A DNA stretch of 64,000 nt from an uncultured beta proteobacterium (GTDB lineage Bacteria; Pseudomonadota; Gammaproteobacteria; Burkholderiales; Thiobacillaceae). A program made the position numbers and the translations under genes. The stretch is taken from assembly GCA_942493085.1 (NCBI GenBank), contig OW818664.1, forward strand, positions 1,027,709 through 1,091,708, in the 5' to 3' direction. Below the pieces are notes generated by a model, which saw nothing but the letters and a program-made list of their open reading frames with translations, searched no databases and was not told the DNA's origin. Every line of letters begins with the position of its first letter. Position 1 is the first letter of the stretch. This document shows positions 1 through 9,307 of this stretch, one piece after another.

Positions 1-1
1 G

Positions 2-844
2 TTCTGGGAAGATGCGGCAGTCGATCATGGCAGCACAAAAGAAGACAGCCTGCGTTACAAGCTGACGCGCGCACTGGAAACCTGGGCGGTGAAACAGGCC
101 GATGCCGTGACCGTGATCTGCGAAGGTTTGCGCAGCGATCTGGCTGCGCGCGGCATTCCGCCCGGCAAGATCACTGTGATTCCCAATGCGGTCGATATCG
201 ACAAGTTTTCGGTTGGCGGCAAGCCGGATGCCGGACTGAAAATGAAACTGGGGCTGGGCACCAGCCGGGTGCTGGGCTTTATCGGTTCGTTTTACGCGTA
301 TGAAGGACTGGATCAGTTGATCGCGGCACTGCCCTTGATCATCAGGCAGATTCCTGATGTGAAGGTGTTGCTGGTGGGCGGCGGGCCGCAGGATACCGCA
401 CTAAAACAACAGGTGATGGCGCTCGGTCTGAAAGACCGGGTGGTCTTCACCGGACGGGTGCCACACAGCGAGATCAACCGCTATTACGATCTGGTCGACG
501 TGCTGGTGTACCCGCGTCACCCGATGCGGCTGACCGATCTGGTGACCCCCTTGAAGCCGCTGGAAGCGATGGCGCAAGGTCGATTGATGGTGGCATCCGA
601 CGTCGGTGGCCACAAGGAACTGATTCGGGATGGCCAGACTGGCGTCCTGTTTCGCGCCGGGCAAGTGGATGATCTGGCGAACAAGGTGGTGGCGTTGCTG
701 CAGGATGAGTCGAGCTGGGAGCGGATGAAACAGAACGGCCGGCATTTCGTTGAAACCGAGCGCAACTGGGCGGCCAGCGTGGCCCGTTATCGGGATGTTT
801 ATGGCGCCTTGGTGAAATCGCCGCAGGAGGCTGTCGTTGGCTGA
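2..844 (+). CDS. Glycosyltransferase family 1 (GT4), C-terminal part; the 5' end lies upstream of the window
   Basis: The frame is open from nt 2 (FWEDAAVDHGSTKEDSLRYKL...) into tracked ORF 89..844. GT-B C-terminal signature present (GFIGSFYAYEGLD; PLKPLEAMAQGRLMVASDVGGHKELI). Resembles exosortase-A-associated glycosyltransferases as I recall them. Confidence 0.85.
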   Translation, partial: FWEDAAVDHGSTKEDSLRYKLTRALETWAVKQADAVTVICEGLRSDLAARGIPPGKITVIPNAVDIDKFSVGGKPDAGLKMKLGLGTSRVLGFIGSFYAYEGLDQLIAALPLIIRQIPDVKVLLVGGGPQDTALKQQVMALGLKDRVVFTGRVPHSEINRYYDLVDVLVYPRHPMRLTDLVTPLKPLEAMAQGRLMVASDVGGHKELIRDGQTGVLFRAGQVDDLANKVVALLQDESSWERMKQNGRHFVETERNWAASVARYRDVYGALVKSPQEAVVG

Positions 845-2069
845 GCTGATTGTGTTCAGCTCGCTCTTTCCCAGCGCGGCTCGTCCGGGCGCGGGTCTGT
901 TCATCCGTGAGCGCATGTTTCGGGTTGCACAACAGCGGCCTCTGGTCGTGATTTCGCCACAGCCCTGGTTTCCCGGACAGTCGCTGATCCGCTGGCTGCG
1001 TCCCGGTTATCGCCCCAGTGCACCGGCACTGGAAATCCAGCAAGGCATACGCGTATACCACCCGCGTTTTCTGTCTGTGCCGGGCCTGCTGCGTCAGTTT
1101 GATGGCCTGTCGATGGCCTTGGGCAGCTTCTTTTTGTTGCGACGCCTGCGTCGTGACGGCGCGCGCCTCATCGATGCCCATTTTGCCTATCCCGATGGCG
1201 AAGCAGCGACGCGACTGGGCCGCTGGTTCAGGCTGCCCGTCACCATCACCCTGCGTGGTACCGAAGTGCCGCATAGCCGCAATCCGTCGCTACGCCCACA
1301 CCTGATACGCGCCTTGCAGGCTGCTTCACGCGTGTTCTCGGTTTCGGATTCTTTGCGCCGACTGGCGCTTGAGCTGGGGGTGGCGGCCGACAAGACCGAG
1401 GTCGTTGGAAATGGCGTGGATACCCGGATTTTTCAGCCGGAAGACCAGGCTGAAGCACGCACGAAACTCGATTTGCCGGCGCATGCCCGCATCCTGATTT
1501 CAGTGGGCGGATTGGTGGAGCGCAAGGGCATGCATCGCGTCATCGACTGTCTGCCCGCACTGCTGCAGCAGCATCCCAATCTGCTTTATCTCATCGTGGG
1601 CAGCGGGGGAGCGGAAGGCGACATGCGTGCCGAACTCGATACACAAGTGAGGCAGCTGGGGCTAAGCGGGCATGTACATTTTCTCGGTGCTTTGTCGCCG
1701 GAGGAACTGAAATGGCCGTTGTCGGCTTCCGATGTGTTTGTGCTGGCCACCCGCAACGAGGGCTGGGCCAATGTGTTCCTGGAAGCCATGGCTTGCGGCC
1801 TGCCGGTGGTGACTACCGATGTCGGCGGCAACGCCGAAGTGGTATGCCGTGACGAACTCGGCAGCGTTGTGCCGTTCGGCGATGGCGCGGCCCTGCAGCA
1901 GGCGCTGGATGACGCGCTCAACAAGGATTGGGACCGCGGCGCAATCCTCGGCTATGCGCAGGCCAACCAGTGGGACACGCGGGTGGCGCAGCTGCTGCGC
2001 GCGTTGGCCCCCTTGCTCGACAACGCCACCCACCCTAGACCGTCTGCTCCGTCAGTCGCCGAACGATGA
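837..2069 (+). CDS. Glycosyltransferase family 1 (GT4)
   Basis: TTG start 6 nt after AGGAGG (825-830); 8-nt overlap with the upstream gene. GT-B motifs ISVGGLVERKGMHRVI and NEGWANVFLEAMACGLPVVTTDVGGNAEVV. Confidence 0.85.
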   Translation: MAELIVFSSLFPSAARPGAGLFIRERMFRVAQQRPLVVISPQPWFPGQSLIRWLRPGYRPSAPALEIQQGIRVYHPRFLSVPGLLRQFDGLSMALGSFFLLRRLRRDGARLIDAHFAYPDGEAATRLGRWFRLPVTITLRGTEVPHSRNPSLRPHLIRALQAASRVFSVSDSLRRLALELGVAADKTEVVGNGVDTRIFQPEDQAEARTKLDLPAHARILISVGGLVERKGMHRVIDCLPALLQQHPNLLYLIVGSGGAEGDMRAELDTQVRQLGLSGHVHFLGALSPEELKWPLSASDVFVLATRNEGWANVFLEAMACGLPVVTTDVGGNAEVVCRDELGSVVPFGDGAALQQALDDALNKDWDRGAILGYAQANQWDTRVAQLLRALAPLLDNATHPRPSAPSVAER

Positions 2070-2911
2070 GCCACTCCAAGCCTGTTACCGGACACGATGC
2101 GCGCAGCCTGGTGGTACGCATTCGCCATGCCATTTGGCGTCAGGCAAAATCCTTGCGCCAGCACTTGCGGCCGCGTCCTGTCGCGCAGTATGTGTTCGTT
2201 GCCGGCATGCAGCGTTCCGGCACCAACCTGCTGATGGATGTGCTGGACGCCAGTACAGCGACCCAGGTGTTCCACGAAACCGATCCGCGCGCGTTCGAGC
2301 GTTATGAAATGCGTGATTCGGCCGTGATCCGGCAACTGGCGCAACACTGCCCCGCTCAGGTGTTCGTGATAAAGGCGCTGTGCGAGCTCGATCGCATCAA
2401 GAACCTGATGGACACCTTCAGACCCGCAAAAACCGTGTGGGTTGTGCGTGATTGGCGCGATAGCGTCAGTTCGGCGATCAAGTCCTTCGGCAATTTCGTG
2501 CCGCAATGGAGCAGACTGGCGCAGGGCGATGCCAATGACTGGCGCGGGCGCGGCATGTCGGTGGCCATGCGCGAATTGCTGACTGCGCTGTACCACCCGG
2601 ATGCCAGCGAGGCCGAGGGCGCGGCGGTTATGTGGTTCTATCGCAATGCCCTGTTTTTCGAGCAGCAGCTGGCTGCCGATCCCTGTGTGCATGTTGTGTT
2701 TTACGAGGATCTGGTGCAACACCCCGAGCGTGAGGTGAAAGCGGTATACGGTTTCCTCGGGTTGCAGGGTTTCAATCAACGGGTTACCGGGCGCATTCAT
2801 GCGCACTCGGTCAGGCATCGCAGCCCGCCGGATATCGCACCGGCCGTGGCGACCTTGTGCGACGAGCTCCTGGCGCGTTTCAGGGCTCATGCCCACCGAG
2901 GGCGAGCATGA
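2066..2911 (+). CDS. Sulfotransferase family protein (paralogue 1)
   Basis: ATGA start/stop overlap at 2066-2069. 5'-PSB-like loop GMQRSGTNLL near the N-terminus; 3'-PB-like VRDWRDSVSS. Confidence 0.8.
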   Translation: MSHSKPVTGHDARSLVVRIRHAIWRQAKSLRQHLRPRPVAQYVFVAGMQRSGTNLLMDVLDASTATQVFHETDPRAFERYEMRDSAVIRQLAQHCPAQVFVIKALCELDRIKNLMDTFRPAKTVWVVRDWRDSVSSAIKSFGNFVPQWSRLAQGDANDWRGRGMSVAMRELLTALYHPDASEAEGAAVMWFYRNALFFEQQLAADPCVHVVFYEDLVQHPEREVKAVYGFLGLQGFNQRVTGRIHAHSVRHRSPPDIAPAVATLCDELLARFRAHAHRGRA

Positions 2912-4284
2912 GCGTGCCGGCCTGGTTTGCCCGCAGCGTCTTTCACGTGCAGGAAGCGGCGATGCATCGTCCCACCTTTGCCATGCTGGCCGAACTCGAT
3001 CGCACGCAATGGCTGTCGCCTGAGGGCATGGCGGAACACCAGACCCGACAGCTCAACGGGCTGTTGCAAACGGCACTGTCTCACAGCCCCTGGCATGCCG
3101 GCCGCTTGTGTGCGGCCGGGCTGGCGGAAGTGGTCAGGGATGGGGCGGTGACGCTGGCTGACCTGGCGCGTCTGCCGACCATGAACAAACGCGACGCGCG
3201 TGACAACGTCGAGCAGCTGGTGTGGCGCGCGGCACCGGGTGGAGTGTTCAAGTACACCACCGGCGGTTCCAGCGGCGAGCCGCTGATTTTTTATTTTGGC
3301 CGCCCGCGCCAGGCCGCTGATGCCGCCGGCCGTCTGCGCGCGCGCCGCTGGTGGGGTGTGCAGCCGGGCGAACGCGAGGTGTACCTGTGGGGGGCGCCGG
3401 TGGAGTTGAACAAGACCGATCGCATCAAGACCCTGCGCGACCGCCTGGTGAATCAATTGCTGCTGAATGCTTTCGAGATGTCGCCCGCGCGCATGGACGA
3501 TTATCTGGTGTCGCTCCAGGTGTGGAACCCGAAGGCGGTCTATGGCTATGCCAGCAGCCTGGCGCTGCTGGCGGCGCACGCCGAGTCGCGCGGCATACGG
3601 CCGAAGCTGTCCGCACTGCGCGTGGTGAGCGCCACCGGCGAGCCGCTGTTTCCGCATCAGCGCGAACTCATCGAGCGGGTGTTCGGTGTGCCGGTCTCGA
3701 TCGAATACGGCGCCCGCGATGCCGGTCTGATGGCGCTGCAATCGCCGGATGGCACCCTGCTGCAAATGAGCGAGACGCACCTCATCGAGGTGCTCGACGA
3801 TGTCGGCAACCAGGTGGAAGAAGGCGAGGCGGTGATCACCAGCCTGGTGTCCGAAGCGCAGCCTTTCATACGCTACCGAACCGGTGACGTGGTCCGGCGT
3901 TCGGGGAAAGCCGATCCCGGCGGTCGCGGTCTCGAGGTGCTGGATGCCGTCATCGGGCGGCAAACAGATTTCATTGTCGCTGCCGATGGACGCATCATGC
4001 ATGCGCTCGCGGTGATCTATGTGCTGCGCGCGATTCCCGGCGTGGGCCAGTTCAAGCTGATCCAGCACGCGGTCGACCGCATGGAAGTGCAGGTGGTGCC
4101 GGACGCGCGCTGGAATGACGACGCTCGTACAGCTGTCATCCAGGGGCTGCGTGCGCGCCTCGGTCCGGCGCTGAATGTCGACCTGAAACTGCAGGATGCC
4201 ATTGCCCCTGAAGCCTCGGGCAAGCACCGTTATGTCGTCAGCCATGTTCCCATGCAGGGCGGGCTGACGCAGGCCATTGCATGA
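2908..4284 (+). CDS. CapK / phenylacetate-CoA-ligase-like adenylate-forming enzyme
   Basis: ATGA overlap with the upstream stop (ATG 2908; the tracked ORF start 2857 is probably an extension). AMP-binding motif FKYTTGGSSGEPL. Size and layout are typical of the CapK/PaaK/F390-synthetase-like family found in capsule/EPS loci. Confidence 0.8.
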   Translation: MSVPAWFARSVFHVQEAAMHRPTFAMLAELDRTQWLSPEGMAEHQTRQLNGLLQTALSHSPWHAGRLCAAGLAEVVRDGAVTLADLARLPTMNKRDARDNVEQLVWRAAPGGVFKYTTGGSSGEPLIFYFGRPRQAADAAGRLRARRWWGVQPGEREVYLWGAPVELNKTDRIKTLRDRLVNQLLLNAFEMSPARMDDYLVSLQVWNPKAVYGYASSLALLAAHAESRGIRPKLSALRVVSATGEPLFPHQRELIERVFGVPVSIEYGARDAGLMALQSPDGTLLQMSETHLIEVLDDVGNQVEEGEAVITSLVSEAQPFIRYRTGDVVRRSGKADPGGRGLEVLDAVIGRQTDFIVAADGRIMHALAVIYVLRAIPGVGQFKLIQHAVDRMEVQVVPDARWNDDARTAVIQGLRARLGPALNVDLKLQDAIAPEASGKHRYVVSHVPMQGGLTQAIA

Positions 4285-5399
4285 GTACCCTCACCATGAA
4301 ACCCTCCGGTTTGTTCGATGCGACGATCCACCACAAACCCTGGCGCCCGAGCCATCTGCGCTGGGTGATGCAGGATCTGGCCGGCGTTGCGCGCCAGCCT
4401 GAACAGGATCATCGCACCCATTTGCGCGCCACCCTGGAATGGGTGTGCCGTGCCCAGGATGCGTGCCGCAGTTCGGCTGACAGCGGCTGCGTGGCCGCCG
4501 GCTTCCGCTTCGGAATGGGCTGGATGCCCGCGAGCACCGACATCACCGGCCGGATGATCGAAACCCTGCTGCCTGCAGCGGATTATCTGGCGTGGCCGGT
4601 TCTCGCGGATCGTGCCCATGCCATGCTCGATGCGCTGCTGGTGCAAGCCGATGATGCCAGCGCGGGGCGCATTCACGGCCTGATTGCCGGCCATGTGCAG
4701 TTGGGTCACGGCGAGAGCCTGACGCGTGCTGTACAGGGCGCCCGCGCGCTTGCCGAGGCGCCCATGACCACCGCGGCCCAGCATGTGCAGGCCGCCCATG
4801 CGCTGGCGGCGGCGGGCGTCCTTGCGGGGGCGTCCGATCTGCTCGATGCGGCGCGCCGTCATCTGGAGTGTGCGCTCGCGCAGCAAACGCCGTGTGGCTG
4901 GTTTCCGGGCTCAGCCGGGCCGGCATCAAGTGGGGCACTGGCGGGCATCCTGCGCAGCCTGATCGAAACAGCCCGGCTGCTGGACGACCCGCGCGCCTGG
5001 CGGGCGGCCATGAGGACGGGACACGGGTTGCGCGGCCTGTTGCGCGAGGACCGCGGATTGGCGGGGGCGTTCGACGACGGCTGGATGCCCGCTGCGTCGC
5101 ACGCCGACCTTGCCGGCCTGACGCAACTGGCGGCGTGCTTCCTGCGTCTGGCACAACTGACGCAGGAAGCCGGTTGGCGCGACGCGGCATGGCGCGCGCT
5201 GGCCTGGATCAAGCGCAACCAGCGCACGGATGGGGACGACCTCGCGCTGCGCGATGCCCTGCCTGGAGCCGTGCCGATCTGGGCGGGCCCCGCTGCGTTC
5301 AGTTTTGATACCCTGGCAGCCAAACACTTTGCAGATGCCCTGATGATGGATATGGTGGGCATTGCCATTCCCCCTGACGCGCAGGAGACACCCAGATGA
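4281..5399 (+). CDS. Hypothetical protein, Ala/Leu-rich, function unknown (possibly alpha/alpha-toroid-like)
   Basis: ATGA overlaps at both ends (4281-4284, 5396-5399) tie it to its neighbours. I could assign no diagnostic motif. Confidence 0.6.
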   Translation: MSTLTMKPSGLFDATIHHKPWRPSHLRWVMQDLAGVARQPEQDHRTHLRATLEWVCRAQDACRSSADSGCVAAGFRFGMGWMPASTDITGRMIETLLPAADYLAWPVLADRAHAMLDALLVQADDASAGRIHGLIAGHVQLGHGESLTRAVQGARALAEAPMTTAAQHVQAAHALAAAGVLAGASDLLDAARRHLECALAQQTPCGWFPGSAGPASSGALAGILRSLIETARLLDDPRAWRAAMRTGHGLRGLLREDRGLAGAFDDGWMPAASHADLAGLTQLAACFLRLAQLTQEAGWRDAAWRALAWIKRNQRTDGDDLALRDALPGAVPIWAGPAAFSFDTLAAKHFADALMMDMVGIAIPPDAQETPR

Positions 5400-6700
5400 G
5401 AGACCTGCTGGTCACCGCCATTGTTTTCGGTGTACTGCCCTTCATTTTCAAGCGGCCGTGGATTGGCATCCTGCTGTGGTGCTGGCTGGGCTACATGAAT
5501 CCGCACCGGCAGACATGGGGCTTCGCCTACGATTTTCCGTTTGCCTCGATCTGCGCCGTCGTCACTATCGTCGCCTTCCTGTTCTCGAGGGAGAAAAAGG
5601 AAATGGTCTGGACGCGGGAAACGGTATTGCTGCTGATGTTTATCGGCTGGATGCTCGTCACCACCCTGTTTTCTTTTTACCCGGATCATGCCTGGCTGCA
5701 GTGGAACAAGGTCTGGAAGATACAGCTGATGGTTTTTCTTACGGCCATGATCATCAAGGAACGCCAGCATCTGCACTGGATGATCTGGATCATCGCCTTG
5801 TCGCTGGGTTATTACGGGGTCAAGGGTGGCATTTTTACCATCGTCCATGGCGGGCAGTTCAGGGTCCAGGGACCGGCAGGAACGTTCTTTGGGGGAAACA
5901 ACGAAATGGCGCTGGTGCTGGCGATGCTCGTTCCACTCATTCGTTATCTGCATCTGCAGGAACCCCGGAAATGGATCCGCCTGGGGTTGGCATCCGCCAT
6001 GGTGCTGTCGGGGGTCGCCGCCATCGGTAGCCAGTCGCGTGGCGGAATGCTGGCGATGGCCGCCATGGGCCTGTTCCTGTGGCTCAAGAGCCGTCACAAG
6101 CTCGTCACCGGCCTTTACATGGTCGTTGCGGTTGCGATCACGGCTGCGGTGATGCCCCAGGAATGGTATGACCGCATGGATAGCATCAAGAACTACCAGC
6201 AGGACGAGTCGGCGCTGGGACGCATCAATGCCTGGCACACTTCATTCAATGTGGCAAAGGACCGGGTCACCGGCGGCGGCTTTGAAATGTTCCAGGCCCG
6301 GACATTCCGCCAGTACGCACCCGAGCCTTTCCGGGTGCACGACGTCCACAGCATTTATTTCGAGGTGTTGGGGGAACACGGCTTTATCGGGCTCGGCATG
6401 TTCCTGCTGCTTGCGGTATTTGCCTGGCTGCGTGCCAACCAGGTGATACGCGTGTGCAAGAACGATCCGGAGAAGAAATGGGCAGCCGACCTGGCGGCGA
6501 TGATCCAGGTCAGCCTGATCGGCTACGGCACCGGCGGCGCCTTCCTCGGCCTGGCGTATTTTGACCTGACCTATCATTTGATGATTGTCCTGGTGCTGAC
6601 CGCCAAATTCTCCGGCGTTCTGGACAAACAGCTGCTGCAAACTACGCGGCAAGTGTCGGACAAGGCCCTGCCGCATCCTTCTGCACGCTGGGATCGATAG
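5396..6700 (+). CDS. O-antigen ligase / Wzy-like polytopic membrane protein (exosortase-A-associated putative O-glycosylation ligase type)
   Basis: About 10-12 hydrophobic segments. N-terminus MRDLLVTAIVFGVLPFIFKRPWIGILLWCWLGYMNPH; Wzy_C-like region GSQSRGGMLAMAAMGLFLWL. Matches my memory of the TIGR03097-type family. Confidence 0.85.
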   Translation: MRDLLVTAIVFGVLPFIFKRPWIGILLWCWLGYMNPHRQTWGFAYDFPFASICAVVTIVAFLFSREKKEMVWTRETVLLLMFIGWMLVTTLFSFYPDHAWLQWNKVWKIQLMVFLTAMIIKERQHLHWMIWIIALSLGYYGVKGGIFTIVHGGQFRVQGPAGTFFGGNNEMALVLAMLVPLIRYLHLQEPRKWIRLGLASAMVLSGVAAIGSQSRGGMLAMAAMGLFLWLKSRHKLVTGLYMVVAVAITAAVMPQEWYDRMDSIKNYQQDESALGRINAWHTSFNVAKDRVTGGGFEMFQARTFRQYAPEPFRVHDVHSIYFEVLGEHGFIGLGMFLLLAVFAWLRANQVIRVCKNDPEKKWAADLAAMIQVSLIGYGTGGAFLGLAYFDLTYHLMIVLVLTAKFSGVLDKQLLQTTRQVSDKALPHPSARWDR

Positions 6701-6751
6701 CTTTGAGCTGCCACTGGCGGTACGCAGGGCTCCGACTTTCGGAGGATGAGC

Positions 6752-8002
6752 ATGTTTGTGTTGCGATCATGGCCGCCGACCCGAAATCCAGCCCGGCATC
6801 GGATCAGGTGCGGTGTTTTTCTCGTGGTTCCCCTGCTGGGACTTGCCGCTGGCCTGCTGTTTTCGCAGCATGGCGCTGCCGAGGTGGGCGCGGGTGCCCA
6901 GCCCAAAGCGGTGGCATCCACGGGACGCGTGCTGAATCCGCGTCTGCTCGCGCTCGCGCCCAACACCTGGAGCCGGCTTGCTCAGCCCCAGCAGGCCGAC
7001 TGGCGTCGCCAAACCCATGCCGGGATCGCCTACGATTCGAAGCGTGGCACCCTCCTGGTATTCGGCTCCAACACCCACGGTCTCGACTGGGACAACGAAG
7101 TCCACGAATTCGACCCAGTGACTGCGCACTGGGAGACCCACTACCCGCGCGCACCTAAGGCAAGCTACCGTACCGATGCAGACGGCCGTGCCATCGCCGG
7201 CACCGATCGCCTGCTGCCATGGGCCATGCATACCTATGACAACATTGTCTACGATCCCGCGCTCGATGCCCTCATCGTCAGCGCGCTGCCGGAGCACAAT
7301 CCGATCCGGAAAAACGTGCCCGAAGCGACCATCCACCCTACCTGGATCTACGACCTGAAAACGCACCAGTGGCGCATCTTCGAAAACAAGGACAAGCCCT
7401 ACCCGAAGTTTTTTGCCGCCGCGTCTGCCTACGATCCCGACCGTGATGTCATCGCCGCCTACAAGTGGGGCATGTGGGAGATCGGTCCCGATCGCGACGC
7501 GTGGAAAAGGGCCAGCCGGGAAAGCCATCACGAAATTCACTACACCATGGACTACGATGCCCGGCACAGGAAATTCGTGGTCTTCGGCGACTATCGCAAC
7601 AGCGATGCAGTATGGGCCTATACGCCGGGCGCGCGCGCTGGTGACCCGGGGACGTGGGAAAAAATGCCGCCTCAGGAAGGCGCATCCTGCCCGCCCGGCC
7701 AGCATTTTCCCGTTGCCTACGACAGCGGGCACGGCGTCTTCCTGCTGGTGGTGGACAACACCCCGTTCGTCGAGAATAAGAAGGGGCGCCGCAAACGAGC
7801 GGGACGCGCCCGGTCGAGCAGCAGCTTCGTCTACGACCTCGGCAGCAACCGCTGCGTCCGCTTGCCCGATGCTGACCTGCCGCCGCTGGGGATGAACTAC
7901 ATGATGGTCTACGACCATTTCCACAAGGTCTTTCTGCTGGTCACGGGGAACCATACCAAGCCAGCTGCCGTATGGGCGCTCAGGCTGGACTGGCCGCTGT
8001 AG
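6752..8002 (+). CDS. Secreted six-blade Kelch-like beta-propeller protein, function unknown
   Basis: GGAGG (6741-6745) lies 6 nt before ATG 6752; the tracked start 6746 is the alternative. N-terminal hydrophobic signal (VFLVVPLLGLAAGLLF). Six repeats of the pattern xYDxxxxxhhhFG....W (AYDSKRGTLLVFG, VYDPALDALIVS, AYDPDRDVIAAY, DYDARHRKFVVFG, AYDSGHGVFLLVV, VYDHFHKVFLLVTG). Confidence 0.7.
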   Translation: MFVLRSWPPTRNPARHRIRCGVFLVVPLLGLAAGLLFSQHGAAEVGAGAQPKAVASTGRVLNPRLLALAPNTWSRLAQPQQADWRRQTHAGIAYDSKRGTLLVFGSNTHGLDWDNEVHEFDPVTAHWETHYPRAPKASYRTDADGRAIAGTDRLLPWAMHTYDNIVYDPALDALIVSALPEHNPIRKNVPEATIHPTWIYDLKTHQWRIFENKDKPYPKFFAAASAYDPDRDVIAAYKWGMWEIGPDRDAWKRASRESHHEIHYTMDYDARHRKFVVFGDYRNSDAVWAYTPGARAGDPGTWEKMPPQEGASCPPGQHFPVAYDSGHGVFLLVVDNTPFVENKKGRRKRAGRARSSSSFVYDLGSNRCVRLPDADLPPLGMNYMMVYDHFHKVFLLVTGNHTKPAAVWALRLDWPL

Positions 8003-8035
8003 CTCACGCGCGGCGCATTTGACTATGCTGTCAGT

Positions 8036-9307
8036 ATGTCTCGCCGCTACCCTTCGCCCGTTTTCTCGTCAGCCCGTCTGACTTGCCCGTTGCCGATCCG
8101 CCTGGCCCTGGTCCTGATTATCGTGTCGGCCGCCGCGTCTGCCGGCGACTGGCAGGCGGAACGCTGGCGCGTGGCTGATTTCACCGGCGCCCTCGGCGGC
8201 GGCCCTGACGGCGGGCCGGTGGCGCAGGCCGGCGGTGTGCCCTATGCGCTGTGCGGTGATGCAAATGGCAACCTGTTTCTTGCCCAAGGCCAGTTCATCG
8301 ACATCGTCACCCCGGACGGCATGCGCAGCCATCTCGCCGGTAGCGGCGAATACGGCTATCGCGACGGCGCCGCCCATCAGGCGGAGTTCCGCCTGGGATT
8401 GAATGCCTATTACGGCGCCCACAACCTGGCCTGCGGCCCTGATGGTTCGGTGTTTGTTGCAGACGGCGGTAATCGACGCGTCCGGCGCATCCATCGGGCG
8501 CAGGGGCAGTGGCGGGTCGACAGCTGGGCGGGCGGCGGCGGGCGGCGGCTCGGTCCCGGAGAATCGGCGCCGCCGAAAGCGGTCGCCTTCAGCGGTACCC
8601 TCGCCGTCGCGGTGACACCGCAAGGTGAAGTCACCATCGCCGACAATTACGGAGCCTACCGCATGACGGCAGACGGCCGCGAGATCCGCTACCTGGCAAG
8701 GTGGCCGGCGTCCGTCTTCTACAGCAATGCCCGGCCCGGCAATCTCAACGTGATGATGGGAGACGCCGACCGTGCGGGCAACGTGTATTTTGTTTCACGC
8801 ACCCCCCATGCCGTCATCAGGGTGACGCCGGGGGGAAAGGTGCAGCATTATGCTGGGCGCGTGACCCGGGACAGGAAACAGCAGTTGGCGGGGGATGGCC
8901 CGCCGCTGGAAGCTTTTTTTAATACCCCGACCAGCATTGCCGCGCAACCGGACGGCTCCGCCATTTATGTGTGTGGCGGCGACGAATACGACATCCGCCG
9001 CATCCCCGCCGACGGGACCGGCACCACTGCGACGCTGATGCAGAACGGGCAGTGGTACCAGGCATCGGTGCATCCCAACAAGAGTCGCGGCCCTGCCGTG
9101 GTCAAGCCGGATGCGGAGGGGAAACTCAGACCGGACGGCGATCTCACTATCCTCATGGTGAGTCATCTGCTGGGGCGCGATGCGCAAGGCAATCTCTACG
9201 GTTCGCTCAATTCCTGGTCCGGGATGACCCAGCATGTCGAGGGCGAAGGCTTGCTGGGCACCCGCGTATTCCGCCTGCAGCGCCGCACGCCGGGCGGCAG
9301 CCCGTGA
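8036..9307 (+). CDS. Secreted NHL-repeat-like beta-propeller protein, function unknown
   Basis: Signal peptide (IRLALVLIIVSAAASAG). Repeated NHL-like units GNLFLAQGQFIDIV, GSVFVADGGNRRVRRI, GEVTIADNYGAYRM, GNVYFVSRTPHAVIRV, SAIYVCGGDEYDIRRI. Confidence 0.7.
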   Translation: MSRRYPSPVFSSARLTCPLPIRLALVLIIVSAAASAGDWQAERWRVADFTGALGGGPDGGPVAQAGGVPYALCGDANGNLFLAQGQFIDIVTPDGMRSHLAGSGEYGYRDGAAHQAEFRLGLNAYYGAHNLACGPDGSVFVADGGNRRVRRIHRAQGQWRVDSWAGGGGRRLGPGESAPPKAVAFSGTLAVAVTPQGEVTIADNYGAYRMTADGREIRYLARWPASVFYSNARPGNLNVMMGDADRAGNVYFVSRTPHAVIRVTPGGKVQHYAGRVTRDRKQQLAGDGPPLEAFFNTPTSIAAQPDGSAIYVCGGDEYDIRRIPADGTGTTATLMQNGQWYQASVHPNKSRGPAVVKPDAEGKLRPDGDLTILMVSHLLGRDAQGNLYGSLNSWSGMTQHVEGEGLLGTRVFRLQRRTPGGSP

